63,004 nucleotides of DNA, filler included, from Reclinomonas americana ATCC 50394 (GCA_048213135.1; 7 parts of 4 records of this genome joined end to end with filler, not necessarily neighbours in it); one strand, 5' to 3'. Positions 26,202-40,039 are shown, counted from the whole stretch's first letter. Program-made: numbers and translations. The notes: generated by a model not told the origin, from the sequence alone.

Positions 26202-29200
26202 TGTGTGCCGTCATGGTCGCAGGTGTTTTCGTCGCCTGACCAGTACCAGGGTGCACTGACGGTCATGGTAGTTTTCATCGCACTGTTGACTGTGGCCACC
26301 ATGATTGTCGAGTTGGTCATGGTGTTCTTCCGACGCGCACGCAACTGGGAGGTTTGTAGCGGTGGGATTGTCGCGCGTTGTGGGTGGCTGAGAAACTAAC
26401 AGTTTGTGCGTGTGCCACGCACAGTTCTGGCGATGGCGAGAGAATGAGTACAGGGCGCTGGTGCGTCGGCTCTTGATGCACGAGATTCAGCAGGACGTGC
26501 TTGCCGGAGACGATTCGTGGTTCCACCCAGTTGTGTTTGAGAAGAAAGAGAGGATGTTTGTGTTCTCGTAGCTGACACGCCTTTGGCCAAACAGCCGACA
26601 CCTGAGCGACCTCCACGGTCGTGCTGTCTGCGATGCATTCACGGTTTTGTCGGATGTTTGCGCAAGTGTTGCGTCGCCTTTCTTGCGCACCATTGTCGAC
26701 GTGGTTGCACAGCCGCTGACTTTGGGGGTGCGTGCGATTGCAGTGTTCACTAGCAAGCCGACGAACCATCAGCGGCGATACGAACAACGCGGTTTCTTCT
26801 ATCCCATCCGTCTGCTCATCATGGTGGCTCTCGGCTTGGTGGTACAGTACGTCCTGTTCGTGGGCGTCGGCCTGCTTCACGCCTACGTGATCCAGCTGAC
26901 CACACAAGCCAAGTCCGCTGCGCTGCTGCAAAGTGGCAACGATGCAGTTGCGTGCGATGTGATTTGTGTGCATCATTGGCAAGTTGTGTGCGTTCCTAAC
27001 TGCGCATTTGCACAGACGAGTTGTGTTTGTGTGTGTATGTGGTCCAGTTCACCGTGTCTTGAATGCGCTCACCTGTGCCTTGCGTGTCTTTGCATACACA
27101 GCGGCCGTCACCTCATACCAAAAGTATCTTGTCGAGCGAGCGCAACAGTACAGCGGACTCGGGGCACAGAGTCTGTCCTCGTTCGTGAGCAACCACCTTT
27201 TGACGTCGGCGCAGATTCAGGAGGTGTGTGTGTGTGTGTTCTACTCTTTGTTCTCCATGTGCTCCCGTGGATATTGACGTTAGTAACAGCTGCACGGCGC
27301 CGTCACCTCTGCGGTCCAAGTCGCCGGCAATGCGCTGTACAGTGCCATTTACGGCTCCGATCAAGGTGAGACTGCCGAGTGGCATTGTCGTCGAGTTCGG
27401 TTCGTGTGTGGCACTGAATGTGTCGATGCAGGGCACACTGCATGGAGCCAGCCTCTCATCAAGTCGGTGTACATTGGTGCCGCCCTCGCGCTCTTCTCAA
27501 CCACAGCCAGCCTGCTGACACTATTCCCGAGTTTCCGCAAAGCCGTTGCGTCTGTCCTCCACTCTTCCCCTTTACTGGCGCCTGCGCTCAACTTTTTGCA
27601 TGTGGGGCTCGTTAGATTATGCGACTGCGGCAGGGCGAAGCGGAGCCAAACATTCGCCATTCGGGTCATCCGCCCGTCGTCATGTACATTCCAGTGCAAG
27701 TATGGTACGCCAACCTGCAACTGTGGCGCGTGGGGGAGATCTCTCTTTGTTATGTGCTGATGGTTTCTCTGGTGTCTTTGTGCACCACGCGCAGGGCGGT
27801 GGCGTTTGGCTTTGCCCAATTCACGCTTGTCTTTGCGGCGTTCTTCTTCGTCTGGCTGTGGGCTCCGTCACGCAACTTTATAGTCAACAAGATCATTCGA
27901 ATCCTGATTGCCCTGGCCGGTGTCGGTGCGTGATTCTGCGCGTCGCCGTGATCGTTCACACCATACTTGTAACTGACTGTGTTGTTGCGCAGAATTCGCC
28001 CTCCGCATTCTGTACTTTGTGTGAGTAGCTATTACCGAGTAATCATTCGTCCATTTTTTATTGACTCATTCCGTGTGCGATGCTTGCAGCCTGGCATTAT
28101 GCGTACGTCTTTGCCGGTTGTGCCAATTACCATGTGTTGTGTTGTGTAGCTAACGTGGGCGGTGCGCACAGGTGCTGACGAGACACCACGACATTGTGCA
28201 TCATCGGTGGTTCCTGCTGTTCGACACCGTCTACAGCTTTGTGTCCTTGTGCGTCAGTCAGCTCACCTCTCTCTCTCTCCCCCGTCGTTACATTTTGGTG
28301 ACTCAAGCACACCACTGCATGCAGCGTCCCCGGTCTCGGTTTCTCCATCCTGCGACTCGTCTTCAATCTGCTGTGGTCCGTGGTGCTCTACGTGAGAAGT
28401 TGAGTGACGTATCAAGTGTCAGTTATTGTCTTTTGCCCAGTCTTGCTGATTCTGTTGGTGTTGCCTCCAACAGTGGACATTCCGACCTCGGTGTATCGCA
28501 TCGGCTTTGATAGAGGCCACTCGGGTTGGTGTGCCATGGTCAAGACGGCATAGTTGCGTGCGGTGATTGTGTGAGAGAAGTGCTGATGAGCTGCTCACGT
28601 CTGGTGCGAAACAGTGTCTTCAATCATCCGGTGGTGGTCACCTTCTGCAACCTGCTGATGGAGGGCGTTCTCGAAGACCGCATATACCGCAAGCGTGCGT
28701 AACACAACGTCTGCAGTGCTCCAGTTCTTGTCGTCCCTAGCTGACTCGCCTTGATGTGTAGGCAACAACCCGGAGTACATCAAACCAACAATACTGTACA
28801 AGTCACGGCCAATCAACTTGAAGGAGGACGCCGGCTTCCGCGAAGTAGAGATGGCGATTGAGACGCGTCGGCGTGCGCTCGCTCGGCGACAGCGCATTCT
28901 CAATCGGTGGTTCCTGGCAGTGACCTTGGCGCGCAACCCGCAGCTGGTCGAGTTCCGCAGTTGGCGACTGGCGGAGAAGCGTGAGGCCGAACAGGCACGC
29001 ACAGCAGCGGCCAAGGTTGAGGCAGAACGCAGACGGCAAGCGTACGAGGCGTTCCACTATGATGTAGCCGCCCGTCGACGGCTGGAACAACGGCCGGAAA
29101 AGGTGCTGGCGATGTGGGACCCGGCCCAGGGACGGCTCGGCATCCCGCTGCTGCCGGTGAACGAGGGTGGGCGAGGCGGGTACGATGATGATGGGTTGCA

Positions 29201-29336
29201 GAGGCGCGGCCATCAGTTGTGAAAGGTGCAGACGTTGTTTAAATGAGAATGAAATGCTGTTGTTTTCCACGCAGGTGATAAGCTGACCCGACTCGCATCC
29301 AATCTATCTTCAGCACTGTTGGAAGACGATGTATGA
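26202..29336 (+). CDS. STRA6-like (RBP receptor family) multi-pass membrane protein, 5'-partial
   Basis: Many TM exons, then IVHHRWFLLFDTVYSF, VDIPTSVYRIGFDRGHSGWCAMVKTAYVFNHPVVVTFCNLL and RILNRWFLAVTLARNPQLVEFR, paralleling the STRA6 C-terminal motifs (HP..TAFC, RWGLAYTLLHNP.L). Confidence 0.7.
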
Positions 29337-29393
29337 TACATGTCCACGGCAATACACAATTCCAAACAGCACATTACATATTACTCCTCCGCA

Positions 29394-31603
29394 TCACTCT
29401 ACATGTTCGTGCTGACGACGACGTCGACGACAGCAACTCCACAACGACTGTAGCCGTGCTCGTATCCGCTCTCGCAAGGGTGACGACCGTGGATCGCGCG
29501 TGACAGCGTTGAAAACGGCACCAAACAGGAGCGCAAACAAGGTGAATGCCATCAAAATGACATTGAACGGCATGGTCTGGTCCGGATACGGAATCATGAC
29601 AATGAGGGGTGGGGTGAACATCGTCTCCTCTTCGTCGCCGACGTGGACATGTACCACCGCGTCGGGCAACTGCACGCCCCGTGAGGCATCTGGCGGGTAC
29701 TCCTCGATGGTGCGCATGTGCGCCGTGTACGGCATGGTAAGCGTGAGGCGCGCGCCACCAGGCGGAACGTGCACCGTCAGTAACTGCACGGAGACGTCGG
29801 CGCGCGACGAGCGAGCCGACGGCCGCCCGTCTGCTCGCGTGGGAGCGCTGACCAGTATTCTGGCGTCTTGGTCGCGCGCCGCGTGGTCGGCCAGTCGATG
29901 TCGGAACATGTGCGAGCGCACGACTGGCACGGAACACGTGTCGGTACGAATCAGAAGGAGAAAACACAGAAAACACCGGCTGTGCATACCCGACGACCAC
30001 GGCACCCGTGCACCGTCGAGAATGGCTCCAAACTGATGCGGCAGCAGAAGCAGTGATCGGGGAAACAGTTGCAGCAGATCGACAGCGACTGGCTCGTCGG
30101 CGTGGCGATTGGAGAGCGACACCTGAATAACGCCCTCGGCGAGAGATGCGCTGGAGACCGTGCGAAACACATCGAGTGGAGTGACTGTATCATCAAGCCA
30201 ATCAACACAAAAACAGACAACGCGGTGCACGGGGAGCAGTGGCAACAACCCGAGCGCACCATGCATCTCCATACGCGGCCATTTCTCTGACGCGCCGGAC
30301 GCGGGCGAGAATGACAGGCGCACCGTGCGTCCCTGCTCCGCTGTGAAGCGATGCACCACCTCGCTGCCGCTGTCGCTCGCCACCCCCACATCGTCGGCGT
30401 CGCTGAGTACTTGCCACGAGGATGGTCGCGGTACGCGGACTTCGAGTGCGGCTGTCGTCACGGCCACGCACGGACTAAAGACGAGATCGTCACCGCACGC
30501 CAACAGCTGCTCCATGGCAACCACACCACTGCGCAGCGTCTGAGCGCCAACTTGTCGAACGGAGGCCAGACGGTGGGTGATGTGCGCCTCGCCGCTCTCG
30601 TCGACGCGGAAGTGCGCGCTAATGGAGTGATGGTCGGTCTCCAAGAACAGAATCGGGCACGTGAGCAGACGTGAGAAGCCACCCTGCACGCACAGTTGGT
30701 CATCGGCAACCTCGCAGACGTACAAAGCCGCGAGTGATACCTTGCCACGGCACGGATGGAGACGGCGCAAGGCACTGAGATTCTCCGTGCACAGCGATTC
30801 GTCGGGAAGCAATCCGTAGCGCCAGAACGGCGACGCCAGATCCACGGCCGGCACGGCATCACTCAGGCGCATGCGCGACTGCTGCGTGCCCTCGAAATCC
30901 CACGACGACAGCACCGACCCTGCATCTCCGTGAGTGGTGGATGGAGTCCAAGAGCGACGAGCGACAATACCAGAGTAAAACGTCGGCCGCGTCAAGTCCA
31001 AGTGCTCAAACGCCACATTATACAGCGGCGACAGCATGTGCACCAGCTGTTTCCACAGCAGCTCAACTTGCCTGCGGGGGGAGACATGTGAGTACGGTTG
31101 TCTCGCTCTCTCTTTCCGCTCTCTTTGCATACCCTGCACTCGCACTCGACTCATCAAAGGCGACCAACAGCTGCGCGCCCGACGGAAGCGCCACCTCATC
31201 ACTGCCCCACTCATCCGCATGCCACCGCCCACGTGACAACGAGAAGAACAACTGCGCACGTGACACACAGTGAGACACTCACAAGAGAGAGAGACTACGA
31301 GAATGCATGCACACACACCTCCTTCACATGACTCGCACGCAGCACGTGTGCCAGCGCGCGAGGAAACAGCTCAAACTCATCCTCCGGCACTGCACACACA
31401 CACATGAGCACGCACACACACACGCAGCCAGACACACACACCAACTCACACTGTGAAGCGCGCACAGTGATCTCATGCGCAACCAGCAGCGCGCCCACGC
31501 GTTTCAAAGGCCGCACTTGCACACGCTCACTCACACTCTCATCGCACAGCACCACACTGCTCACTAAGCAAACAACGAGGAGGAGGAGGAGAACTCTGCG
31601 CAT
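29394..31603 (-). CDS. PIGT: GPI transamidase subunit PIG-T/Gpi16
   Basis: Signal peptide, FELFPRAL, LSLSRGRW, LPDESLCTENL..L..LHPCRGK, EEYPPDASRG, PYPDQTMPFNVILM followed by a TM helix. Confidence 0.92.
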
Positions 31604-31806
31604 AAGGTGACAGAAAACGAAATTGTCTTTGTTTGTGTTGCACTTTGNNNNNNNNNNNNNNNNNNNNNNNNNNNNNNNNNNNNNNNNNNNNTTAATTAAT
31701 TAANNNNNNNNNNNNNNNNNNNNNNNNNNNNNNNNNNNNNNNNNNNNGTGTGTGTGTGTGTGTGTCCCCCATCGATCCTCATATGATGGTGATGATTGTG
31801 GTACAG

Positions 31807-34800
31807 GAGCAACGCGGGAATGCTGAGCTGGAGGAGGCGTTGAATGTGGCGCAGGCGCGTCTGCGGGAGAAGGAGGAGGAGTTGGAGGCGGCGGTGTTCA
31901 ACGTGAATCGTCTGGAGAAGCGCGTCACGCAGCTCATGTTTGATGCGGAGGAGGCCACGCGCAAGGCGGCGAGTGGATTGGCGAGTGGCGGAGGCCTGCT
32001 TGGCTGGCTTGGTGGTGGATCGGCGGCGAAGAAGGCGCAGATGGACACAGAGGAGGTGTGTCTCTTTGTGTGCGTGATCACATTGGTGTCTTTTCGTGAC
32101 CACGTGGATGGTGCAGGCTCGCAAGGAGATTGCGGTGCTGCGGGAGGAGCTGGAGAATAAGATCACGGAGAACGAACAGTTGCACATGCGTAACTTTGAG
32201 ATGAAGCAGGATTACGATGCCCGTATTGAGGATGTGTCGAATAACGTGGCAAGGCTCGACGCACAGTTGAGCGAATTGAAGGAGGAGTTGGCGCGCAAGG
32301 TGTGCAGTGGGATCGTATCGATCAGGAGAGGAAGCAGCAGCTCGTGGGAACGCTCACTTTGTGATGCAGACTGCCGAGGCGCAGGCGGCCAGGGAGACGG
32401 CAGAGGATGAGGCGGAGAGGATGCGAACGCAGCTGTCGGTGCTTGACGAAAGACTGAATGCGCTGCGTGCAAGCGGACGCACTTTCGAGTCGGATGCCGT
32501 CAACGTGCAGCGGCAACTACGGGAGGAGATCGACAGATTACTGGCCTCATTACCGCAGGTGGGGCATTTGATGCGGTTTAACTGGCGATTGAGAGGGTCT
32601 CCTCACCTCCCTTTGTTTCGCAGCCGTTCGGTAGTCCGGCGGCGGGTGGCGGCGGCAGCAGCAGCAGCAATGTGGGTGGCGTTGGTGGCATGTCATCGTC
32701 TTCGCCGGGCGTGGGGCGCAACGGCATGATGTCATCCGCTGAGAGGTACGTCACTCCACTGCCGCGTGTTTCGATCGCTGCTGCTCACTGCGGGGCGCAC
32801 AGTCAACAACATTCGCGAGTGCAAGAGGCCACACAGCTCTTCCGTCACATTGTACGACAGCTGTCGCTGCACTATCGCGCCGTGTGCGACTCGATCACTC
32901 GAGCGAGAGCAGACAACGTGACGGTGGTGACCAAGGCCACGGATGCGCTGAATTCGTACATGAAGCTCACCGATGCGGTGCTCGAGGTGCGTCGCACGTA
33001 GATTTCTGTGTGTGGCTGTGTGCTCACCTCTTTGTGCGCCGCAGAAACTCGGACACTGCACACCAGCATCACTGCTGACGTTGGCGCTGCCGGAGGACGC
33101 CTCCATCGCGTTGAAGCGATGGATCGACTTTCACTCGCACGGTGTCGCCCTGCACAGCATCATGCTGCGGAATGAGATCACAGAACAGGAGCGTGCCAAT
33201 CTGGAGACGCAGACGCAGAATGTGAAGACACATGTGTGGAATCTGTCGAGCGTGTTTTCCAAGGGTATGACACACTCCATCTCTCTCACTTTGCGGGCTC
33301 TGGTCGACTGACACTTGGTGTGCGACAGGAACGTTCTCCGAACACGGTGCTGTTCTGTGCATGAACATCAAGGGTGCACTGGACGGACTGGCGTCGCGTC
33401 TGGCGCAAATGTTGCGTCTTATGAATGAGTCCATCGCGATGATGTGTCGCCCTAACTTCTCCTTGTGCACAGTGCATTTGTGCGCACCGATCCACGCATC
33501 ATCGAGACGCTGCAGTCGTGCTCCACGTATCTGTACCAGCTGCACGAGTTGCTGCGCGAGATTGTCGCCCCGCAATCGTCAATTGTTGCGTCGTGGTGAC
33601 GTGCACTTGGCTTCGCAACGATCTTCTGACTGTGTGCGTTGCAGTGGGGCGACGATGACTCGGCATCCGGCGGTAACGACGGGTCAGGTGATCGAGCTCG
33701 GTTCGTCGACAACACCTTGTGTGTGTGTGGTGTAAAGTGAGTAAGGGTCTCACTTGCACGTATGCAGAGGCGGACTGGCATCACACCGCATGGCGGTGCG
33801 AAACTTGAGATTAATTCGGCAGGCGCACACGAGTCTCGAATCTGTGGTGGTGTGTGTGACCTGAGGAGTTGTCGACAAATGCCAGTTCTAGTTTTCTTCA
33901 CTCACAGTGGCGTCGCTGCAGGAGGAGCATGCGCGTGCCAGAGCCCTTCTGGAGCAACTGGTTCCACATCACGATGGCAAGGTATGATGCGTGCAAGCAT
34001 TGAGTGTCGCTGTCTTCTTTCCTTGCTCACTTCTACGTTTGAAAGTCACTCGGAGCCACACTGCCGGATCTCGTGCTGGCGGTGCACGGCGAGTTTGACC
34101 GCGCACAGCAGCAGGTTTGCGTTGTGTCCATGTTGGGAGGTGTGTGTGATGATGCTCACACGCATGCGATGCAGTTGCAAGAGATGCAACGGCGGCGCGA
34201 TCAGCTGCAGGAGGCGATGGATGAGTGCCAGCGAGCACGACGGATCGATCGCGACATGGCACAACGGGATATCTCTGCGCTGCGGAATCTCGTCTCTGAG
34301 CTGGAGCGTGCGCAGCGAGCGCCGACCCCCACTGCGTCCTCCGAATCCCTTCCATCGACGCGAGTCACTGCATTGGTCTGCGCGTGTGTGTGTGTGCACG
34401 AGTGATCTGGCCTTTGTAATGTCGTTTGACTCTGCCTCCCACAGTCGTCGCGATTTGACGAGGACGACAGCAGCGGCGGCGCGCCCCAGGAAGGTGCAGG
34501 TGCAGCGGCGCGGCGGCCATCGGAAGGCGCAGCCGCGGTCTCTCCAGCCGCACCGGCGAATCTTGCTTCACCGGCCGGCGGTGACGGTGTCAGTGGCGCA
34601 GCCTCGGGTTCCTCGTCGTCTCTCTCTGCCGCCGTCGATGCCGCGGACGCCTCGCCAGCATCGGCAGTCACCGAGTCGATCGGTTCATTATCGCAGACGG
34701 GAGCGCGGAGTGCGCCGTCGCCACCAACCGTGGTGCAAGCGAGTGAGTGTCACCGCATGTTGCGCAACTGCTTTCCGTCGCAAGTATTTGCTCACGCGGC

Positions 34801-35462
34801 ACTGTGCAGTGGCCGTCTTCGAGTCAAACAATGAGAGCCACGGCACCGACAGTGTGCCGTACCGGTTCTTGAGCAGCCGCCCGCATGGCAGCAAGGGCCT
34901 GGTGCGTTATTGTTGACATTGGCGTGTCGTATCAGATGAACTCACGCGGTCTGCGCAGTTTTCGAGTATTCCACCCGAGGTGTTGCAGCGCGAGAGACAA
35001 CTGGAAGAATTCTTCCTCACTCGCATCCAGCGCTTGGAGAACGAGGTGAGGGGCGGCGCGTGAGTACAACGTGTGCGCCTGTGTGCTCACCACCTCTTTT
35101 TTTATTTTGCAGCTTCGCGTGGCCGACCGCAAAGCTGTCGATTACCACGTCGACTACCAGCGCGTGCAGATGAAGCACGACAAGTTCGTGGAGGAAAAGG
35201 AGGCCACCGAGTTGCAGCTCGCACAAACCGAGCAGCACCTCAACGAAGTCTCTGTTGCGTCGCGCGCGCAATGCCACCGACACCAAAAGAAACTGATCGC
35301 ATCGCAATACGCTCGCAGGATGAACTGGAGACCACTCGCCGCAACTACGAATCGCAACTATCGGCGCTCTCGGACCTGCTCTGCGAGGCCAACGAACGAG
35401 TCAACGAACTCGAGCAAGAGCTTCGTCGTCTACGTCGAACGTCGGGCGGCAACGTTCAATGA
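31807..35462 (+). CDS. PPP1R21: PPP1R21 (KLRAQ/FERRY Fy-2)-like coiled-coil protein, 5'-partial
   Basis: ELEAAVFNVNRLEKRVTQL, EELENKITENEQLH, DSVPY, LRVADRKAVDYH, DELETTRRNYESQLSALSDLLCEANE correspond to conserved N- and C-terminal PPP1R21 segments. Confidence 0.8.
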
Positions 35463-35664
35463 AGATATGTCCCGCTGTTCGCTCATTCTCGCGTGAACGA
35501 AAGAAAGACAGGGGGGAGACGGAAGGCACTGGCATCCCCCGTCCTCTCTCTCTCTCTCTCTTTGNNNNNNNNNNNNNNNNNNNNNNNNNNNNNNNNNNNN
35601 NNNNNNNNTTAATTAATTAANNNNNNNNNNNNNNNNNNNNNNNNNNNNNNNNNNNNNNNNNNNN

Positions 35665-36541
35665 TTGTATGAGATTGGGAATGTGATCGCCAATACCAGT
35701 CGATTGTCGTTGATTGCCGAGGTGCCGCCATTAAACCCGGAGAGCGAGTGGTAAGCGTGCTGCTATGCACTGCAGGAGGAGGTGTTGTTGCTGGCTCACG
35801 CATGCCATGTGCAGGGCCGATCGTGCGACGTTCATTGTGGACAAGTACTGTCCGGAAAGCACTCGAGAGGCTCTGAAGAAGCGCTTGCTGCGCGCGTCGC
35901 TCTCCAGGTCTGCGTCCTCTCCTGCGTCGCGCCCGAGCTGTTCTCGTGCCCACTTTCTTTCATATATGTTGCATCAGCGAGCATCTGAAATCAATAGGGC
36001 GCTTCGACACGCTGGCCAACGTGCGGATAATAGCGCTGACGGGCGTGCCGCGTGAGAATCTCACCAAGCCACACCTGTTGCGTGTCTTCCGGCCAAGCGG
36101 GCAGTCGCGAGAGACGAGACCAGTGGTGCCGACAGCCGACGGAGTGGTCACGTGGGAGGAGTACGTGGTGTTGGGCGTGCTTGGCGTCGACAGTCCCCTG
36201 CATGCGTACTTGTATGTGGAGGATGTGTCGGAGAGGTTGGTGTTGTTAGTCGAGGACCTCGTGTGTTTGTGGGCGAAGCTTGCTGACTATTTCTTGCACA
36301 GTTCGTCATCACTAACAGTCGCCACGGCCGTTCTGTCGCTGCAAAGATTACGGCCGGGTCGAGTAGAACCAGTTAATGTTACGTCTTCCTCCATCTTCGC
36401 TTTTTCTCCCTCTGTTGCGCTCACCCTCTCGAGCAGTTAAGTTTTGCCGATTCGGCCTTTGCGAGCTCCAGTCGAGGAGCGACGTACGGGCGCGCATCGC
36501 TCTCCCTCACCGTCACTCTGGAGATGTTTGGCAGTCCGTGA
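35665..36541 (+). CDS. 5'-partial gene with C-terminal C2-like domain
   Basis: Spliceable exons NVRIIALTGVP...RETRPVVPTADGVVTWEE...VATAVLSLQRLRPGRVEPV; resemblance to C2 is weak. Confidence 0.4.
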
Positions 36542-36704
36542 ATGTGTGTGCGGGAAAAGAGATCTTTATCGGGTGGGAAATATGTTTTGCATGGGCGAAG
36601 AGAAAAAAGAAGATGGAATGAACATGGAATATATGTAATGTGCGTCGCACACGACGCGCGCATGTAACCGTGACACATGGAAGGCGAGATCAGCTATTAG
36701 CACC

Positions 36705-39700
36705 TCAAAGCTTGGCGCGCAGGCCAGCCGACTCGGACACGACGCGCATCTCGCGCAGCGCCTCGGCCAGCAGCTTGGCAAAGGTGCGGCAGCCGAGCCA
36801 CTTGGAGGTGAGGTCGTACACAATGTCGTTGTTGTTCACCATGTAGCCCGAGCCCACGCATCGCTCGTACACCGGCCCTGCACGCAGAAACAAGTGAGGG
36901 TGGGGGCGCAAACAAACGGGGAAACTGCGGATGCGACGAACCAAAGCCGAACATCGAGAGGTTGGGGCTGCCGCAGTGGCTGGTCGACAGCAGCCACGTG
37001 TTGGTCCAGCGGTAGGCCGGATCGCGGTACAATGCCGGCATCTCGCCGCCCTCCTGCTCGGCGATCTTGCGCATACCCAGCAGGTGGCGATCGACACCTT
37101 GGCCGGAAGCAGCCAGGCGCGACACCTCGCTGTGGCGCTCGCATGCCGTGCGCAGCAGCTGAGCCTTTTGCTGCACCGCCAGCGACGAGTCCTCGAAGGC
37201 CTTGCAGAAGGCCACCGACTCGTTGGTCACCGAGCGGATGGTCTCCGTGCGGCCGTGCAGGTACGGACGCATGGTGCACGACTCGTAGGTGGCGGTGAAG
37301 CAGCCGAAATGCCTGTAGTAGGCCAGTTGCAGGGCCATTTGTGCAAATGCATCCGGACCCATGCCCCACTTGACGATGGAGTTCTTGCCAAAGTCCTTGA
37401 AACGCAACACCTCAATGTCCATCTACGAGGAAAGAGTGTGGTGAGCAGGCGCGCCTTACGGGAGGAAGGAAGACAAGAGTGGGTGGGCGGACCTCGCGAT
37501 TGGCCAACTCGATCTGGCGGCTGCCGTTCTCAATGTCGGCCAGATTCTCGCGGTTCAGCTTCCACGGCAGACGCTCGACCGCAGCCGCCTTGGAGGCAGC
37601 GGCACCAGCACTGGCGATCTTCTCGCTGCGTGTCGAGGAGTGAGCGTGCACAGCACACAAACATAAAGACAGAGAGTGCCACCGAACCTGTCCTCGACAA
37701 TGTAGTTGGCGTAGCGAAGCAGGCTGTGTCCGTCGACGCTGGAGTGCTCCATGTTGATGCCGGCCTGACCCGAGGGGGAAACGATGATCTGAATCTTGTC
37801 GAACCATCGGTTCTGTCCGTCGCCGTGCTGCAGCGCGCGCGACCACTCGCTGTCGCCAGCCGGCTCCTCCTCCTCCAAGCACACGACCAGAATGGCACGC
37901 TGGATGCGATCCAGGGACTGGCGGTTCTCGGGCAACAAACGCTGGTAGGCAGCAGCAAAGAAATCACGCTCCGACGCCGTCAGAGCACCAATGGCCGGAC
38001 CACGCTCGGCGGGGGCCGAGGCCAGCAGTGCGCGAATCGAACTGCACGAAGTCGTGTCAGCAGGGGAAGGAGGGGAAATGAGAGAGAGTGAACGAGTGCG
38101 CAACGCTTCAATCTCGCCAGTGGTGGCGGGGGTGCCGTCCTTGTGGATGACCTCCACAGAGTAAAAATGGTTGCGGTGGGCCACCACAATGTGGCGCGAG
38201 CCCTGGTACACCTCGATGCTGTCGCGGTTCTTGTACGGAACGCGGCACGTCGACAGGATGTACGGGAACTGCGACATGTCAATCGGCTTGTCGCGCATCG
38301 TGTCGGGCGTCAGCGTCTCGCTGTGGGGTGACAGTGCGTGAGCAAAGGAAGAGGGGGGGGGAAGGGGTAAGAGAGAGTGTGGGAGACGCAACGTGTCAAG
38401 CATGTGCTTGAACTTGACCGTGGAGGTGACGAGGCGGGCCACGCGTTGCGCCTGCGAGGTGGATGGTGCATGAGCAGAGAGAGGGAGAAAGGGGGAAAAG
38501 GGGAAACGAGGGAGAAAAACAGACCTGATCCTTGGCACCTGCGTCGTTGCGGAAGCCAAAGTGGTAATTGACATTGTTGGGGTTGGCATCGCGGGTCGTA
38601 AAGTACATGTCGAACCACCAGTCCTGTCACCAGAAAGATAGTCAATCCACTGTGCGCCTCGGGGAGAGCGACGATTAGAACAAACCTCCAGCCAGCTGCC
38701 GTCGACCTTGGTCTTGGCAAACTCGCGCAGCTTGCGGTCCAGGCGCTCTCCGTCGCCACCAGCCTTGCCGAACTCGGCCACCGCGGACTGCACGCGGGAG
38801 GGGAGGGGTGAGTGGAGGTGACACCAAAGGGTCGGGAGGGAGAAACAGAGCACGAAGAATGACAAGACGAATGAGAATCTGTTGACAAAAGGCAAGAAGC
38901 ACGAAGCACGAGAAGACAGGTGAGAAGCTGCTGACAGATTGCATCACAAGACAGCCAATGAGGACGCGCGCAAACAGAGAAGTGAGAAGCTGCCGATGCC
39001 CTTGATCACCGGAAGCACGAAGCATGAGAAGACAAGAGAAGCCGCAACACGCTTGATCACGAGAAGCACCAAGAAGGAGAAGACAAGTACGAAATGAAGC
39101 TGCGGATGCAGTTGGTCGCGAGAAGGCAAAGAGAATGAAAAGACAAGCAAGAAGCTGCTGGTGCACTTGAACTCAAGAGAGCATAAGAGCACAGAGAATG
39201 AGAAGAAGCGAAACGCCCTTGATCTTGAGACAGACAAGACGAAGCACAAGCGACAGCGAGACAAGTACGAAGCTGCTGACACTCTCGATCACGAGAAGGC
39301 AAGAAGCATGAGAAGACAAGTGACAAGCTGCTGACACACTTGACCGCAGGAGAGCGGAACAGCACAGAGAATGAGAAGACATTCGAAACGCCCTTTATCA
39401 CGAGAAGGCAAGGAGCACGACAGAGAGACAAGAAGCTGCTTATGCGCTTGATTGCAAGAAAACAAGNNNNNNNNNNNNNNNNNNNNNNNNNNNNNNNNNN
39501 NNNNNNNNNNNNNNNNNNNNNNNNNNNNNNNNNNNNNNNNNNNNNNNNNNNNNNNNNNNNNNNNNNNNNNNNNNNNNNNNNNNNNNNNNNNNNNNNNNNN
39601 NNNNNNNNNNNNNNNNNNNNNNNNNNNNNNNNNNNNNNNNNNNNNNNNNNNNNNNNNNNNNNNNNNNNNNNNNNNNNNNNNNNNNNNNNNNNNNNNNNNN

Positions 39701-40039
39701 NNNNNNNNNNNNNNNNNNNNNNNNNNNATAGATGTGGAGAGAGAAGAGAGAGGCGCAGGGAGAGAGTGTGTGTGTGAGAGAGCAAGAAGCGAGAAGAGGA
39801 GACTGAGAGGAGAGTTGCATTTCCTCTCACTTGTTCTCATCAAAGTGCATGAGAGTCCTTCTCACACTCTTCCTTTTCTCTCTCATACACAGACTCCCTC
39901 CTTGCTCTCTAACATACACGCACACGCACACACTTTGCTTGTCTCTCTTTGTCTGTGTCTCACTCACCGCCTGTTGCGCGCGAAATGATCCACCAGCAAC
40001 CAAACTGGTGCTGCGCTTCACCAACGTTGTCGAGTACAT
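36705..40039 (-). CDS. Carnitine O-acyltransferase (CPT2/CrAT family), probable mitochondrial presequence; one exon likely hidden in the gap
   Basis: SWLEDWW, PIDMSQF, NRWFDK, GINMEHSSVDG (catalytic His), PDAFAQMALQLAYY, TYESCTMRPYLHGRTETIRS, GQGVDRHL, LSTSH; exon 1 MYSTTLVKRSTSL. Confidence 0.92.
38830..39466. repeat. Degenerate intronic minisatellite, unit ~50-60 bp
   Basis: Recurrent GAAGCTGCTGA..CTTGATCACGAGAAG..GAGAAGACAAG units on the + strand. Confidence 0.75.

Noticed and set aside
38830..39466. Repeat array as a CRISPR-like locus
   Set aside because: Units are degenerate along their whole length, with no constant repeat and unique spacer pattern and no cas genes; the context is a eukaryotic intron.
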